Shown in pieces: positions 61,136-64,000 of a stretch of DNA of 64,000 nt. A program made the translations under genes and the position numbers. Source of the DNA: Camelus ferus (lineage: Eukaryota); contig NC_045707.1 of assembly GCF_009834535.1 (NCBI RefSeq), positions 15,996,001 through 16,060,000 on the forward strand, read 5' to 3'. Every line of letters begins with the position of its first letter. Positions within the stretch are counted from its first letter, which is position 1. The notes below the pieces were generated by a model. It was not told the DNA's origin, did no database searches, and worked only from the letters and a program-made list of their open reading frames with translations.

Positions 61136-62467
61136 GTACGTGTTGAATCGGTAGACTAGACAAGCTCATTACTAGCCTACAAATTTTAGGAGGACAGGAG
61201 CTCAGGGCCGCCATACATGACCACATGGGCTGTGCGTGTCCCAATTCTGAATACCATGCACATAGGCTCATCAGGGGGTGGACCATCCTCCCCCCTCCCC
61301 AACTTTCGCCCCCCACCCCCAGAGTTGTGCAGTGCCAGGGCTCTGCTGCCACTGAATCTGTGGTTTACTCTTGTATTTCCACTGTTAGCTCAGTGCCTGG
61401 CATGATGGTAAACACTGAATGAATGAATGAAGATTTCTTGACTTTTGGAAACACTCAAAAGAGACAATTATTTCTAGGAATGTTCGGGAATGGGACCATT
61501 TCCCAAAGCATGTCGTCCGTGAACTCTGACTTCACATTCTCCACATCATAACTGGTGCTTAGTGTCGCATGATTATGACTGCATTCATCTTCGATGTTCT
61601 AGTTTAATTTAGCAACCTTCTCCTTACAGCAAGAGGGACTCAGAATTATTGAATGACAGTTTGGTGTAACTATTCAAAATTTTAGGTGAAATGTTTGAGT
61701 TGTACCTTTCTTTATTTTTCTACCACCTAACACACTCATGCATCCAGCCTTCTGTGGTCTTTTATCCCCTTAACCTCATTTTACTCTGTGATTCTTACTA
61801 TGCTATTTTATTTACATTGATACTAAGATTTCTTAGACGGTGCTCTGGTACAGGAAATCCTCCAACTTTATTCCTGGGGTGTTGTCTTCCACCTGCCCGT
61901 TACCCACCTGGTGATGGAGCAGAGCACCTCCCGAGGAGGCCCCTCTCCAGGTCCTGACAGTGGACCTGTCAACCGACCCTTTTTCTCCCTAAAACTTGCA
62001 CCCACTGGAGTGCAAGTGACATCTTAGGCGACTCACTGCTCTTCACATAGTGACCTTCACCTTCTGAACATTTAAAGAAAGCTCAGGTGTTCCTCATCTC
62101 TCCTTCCCCTAGTCTCACATTTCCCAAAGGAAGCAGCCCTAATTTCTGCAGTTGTTTCTCCTATGTAATATCAAATAATGATGTCAAAGTACCTTCCTTG
62201 GGTATCTTTCAGGTGTTGTCTTTACTTCTGATTTCCTTTCTTATTTACTCTTGGCTTCTCTCTGTGTTTTTGTTTTGTTTTGTTTTAAGCTGTTTTATAT
62301 GCTTCCTTCTTTACTTTCAATTTCTTAATTTAAAAAATTTCTTTTGGTAATGTCTCTGTTAAATTATGGCCTGATCCATCTGGCACATGATTTAATAAAG
62401 TGGTTTTGGAAAATCTACCTTTTGGTTTCTCAGTGACACAAGGCCGCTAAGTGGCTGTGTCTTGCAG

Positions 62468-62589
62468 GCATCGAGTTAATCGCTGCGTTCTATGGCTGCC
62501 TGTATGCGGGGTGCATACCTGTGACCGTCCGGCCTCCTCACGCTCAGAACCTTACGGCCACATTGCCCACCGTCCGCATGATTGTTGAT
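62468..62589 (+). CDS. DIP2B: DIP2B exon ~27 (122 nt): (G)IELIAAFYGCLYAGCIPVTVRPPHAQNLTATLPTVRMIVD
   Basis: gtcttgcag|GCATCG ... GTTGAT|gtaagt. Confidence 0.97.
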
Positions 62590-63818
62590 GTAAGTACCGG
62601 CTGTATCTTGCCTTGTCCTCATCTCGTAAAATCCACAGTCAGACAACTGAAGATCTTTACCAATTTTCTAGTTTGGTTGAGTCAGGAAGTCAAATCTATC
62701 TCCTGAAAACTACCTCCTTTTTTTTTTTTTCTTTTTTTTTTAAATCTGACCAAAATGACCAGCATTTTTCAGTGAAGGAATGTGGGAAAGCAGTTGGTGA
62801 AATACGGGCTTATATTTTTATCGTGAACATTAAGAAACTGAAGCTGTCATTAGTAATTCTCCATAAAACCTGTTTTTTTTTCCCTTCTTCTTAAAAAAAT
62901 GTTTTAATATTTTTCCTGCACAGTAAGCAAGGTGATTTTATATGCCAAACTGAATTCTCTCCAGTGTCAGGTCACTTTTATTTTGGTTCGTTTTAAAAAT
63001 TCACTTGGTATAATATTAAAAGCTATCCGAATCTTGCTCTGGAGGTGATAGAAGTTTCTGCAGGATATGAGAATTGGAGAAAGTAAGATAAATCTGTACT
63101 GCATTACATCCTAATGTACTTTAGAGCAAAGGGTTACAAAATTCCCATTTATGTAACATTTGTTTCTCTAAGAACTGGTGCTTTGTCAGCAGCTGGAGCC
63201 TGCAGTATAAAAGCCGGTTCACCACAGATGATTTTATTACAAAGTTCTATTCAGCAAAACGCCCTTGTTGTATACTGCACAGTAGGCCGGAGCAGCAGGG
63301 CAGGGAGCTTCCTTCCACTGACACGGTTTGTGAGGGAACTTTGTGTTTCCACGTGCAGGGTGTGGAGAGCTTAGTTTCTGCGAGAGCACAGAGTCCCTCA
63401 AGTTCAACATATGTTCTATGTCCAGTGTGTTTCCCCATTCCCTGGACTGTTGCAAACACTAACTCCCTCAGAGATGATCCTCTGACACCTCTCATTCCGT
63501 GAGCACTACAAAATCCATGTTTTTATTTTGTTACCATCTTCCTGAAATCAAGAGATTTGGTGATCCACACTGAGATTTTAACTGTGGAGTATTTGAGAAT
63601 TGCTGTGGTAAACAATAAATTGTGTTGTGAACAAGTCCATCATTCTACTTCAGTGTCACATTTTCAGGACAAATGTGAGGGGAGACACTGACCTCCATTG
63701 TCCTGTGTGTGTTCTTTGAAAAGCTGGTACTGCCCTGTCCCAGGGTGATGTGCCAAGCCTGTGGTGCTATACTTGGGCTAAACGTCCTGGTGCTTATTTT
63801 TGTCCATTTGTTTTCTAG

Positions 63819-63930
63819 GTCAGCAAAGCAGCCTGCATTCTCACCACGCAGACCCTAATGAGGTTACTGAGGTCCCGAGAGGCGGCAGCAGCTGTGGATG
63901 TGAAAACCTGGCCAATGATCATTGACACAG
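63819..63930 (+). CDS. DIP2B: DIP2B exon ~28 (112 nt): VSKAACILTTQTLMRLLRSREAAAAVDVKTWPMIIDT
   Basis: gttttctag|GTCAGC ... GACACAG|gtgaaa. Confidence 0.97.
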
Positions 63931-64000
63931 GTGAAAGGGAGATCTCTCCAGAGCCACTGAGGGAGCAAGAACATTCACTCCCTGAGGCTTCCTTGATTCT

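Larger units (their letters stand above)
1..64000 (+). other. DIP2B: Internal part of the DIP2B gene (intron 3 to intron 28); both gene ends lie outside the window
   Basis: 25 exons with GT-AG boundaries join into one frame matching the recalled DIP2B protein (DIHTEAVQAALAKHKEQK...DVKTWPMIIDT). Phases are consistent at every visible junction. Confidence 0.98.

Noticed and set aside
21635-63930. Apparent amino-acid differences from human DIP2B (e.g. RPSNI, KCPCL, IVRPDG, RIAAV, WPMII)
   Set aside because: The comparison rests on my recall of the human sequence, and the changes look mostly conservative; a real alignment is needed.
1-64000. CRISPR arrays, operons, rRNA, snRNA/snoRNA genes, antisense protein-coding gene
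   Set aside because: No regularly spaced repeat-spacer array, no recognisable RNA gene and no spliced antisense ORF chain was seen. Small snoRNAs or miRNAs cannot be excluded without a covariance-model search (Infernal/Rfam).

Overview
This is 64 kb of AT-rich mammalian genomic DNA, very probably from a camelid (alpaca, llama or camel), judged by five tRNA-Ala-derived Vic-1-type SINEs. The whole window lies inside one + strand gene, DIP2B (disco-interacting protein 2 homolog B). I traced 25 consecutive GT-AG coding exons with a continuous reading frame. They correspond to about exons 4-28 of the human gene (numbering from recall). They encode the N-terminal low-complexity linker, the first AMP-binding/fatty-acyl-AMP-ligase-like domain and the start of the second. 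Two exons are partly hidden in N gaps. The introns carry L1, L2, MIR, MLT1, MER21, hAT MITE and Vic-1 repeats; repeat subfamily names and boundaries are approximate, from recall of consensus sequences. No prokaryotic-type system, CRISPR array or second protein-coding gene was found. The best new lead is a candidate 60-nt in-frame cassette exon at 19427-19486, preceded by a dense YGCY/UG-rich tract. Other leads are alternative acceptors, a CpG-rich inverted L2 pair and a composite retro-insertion.
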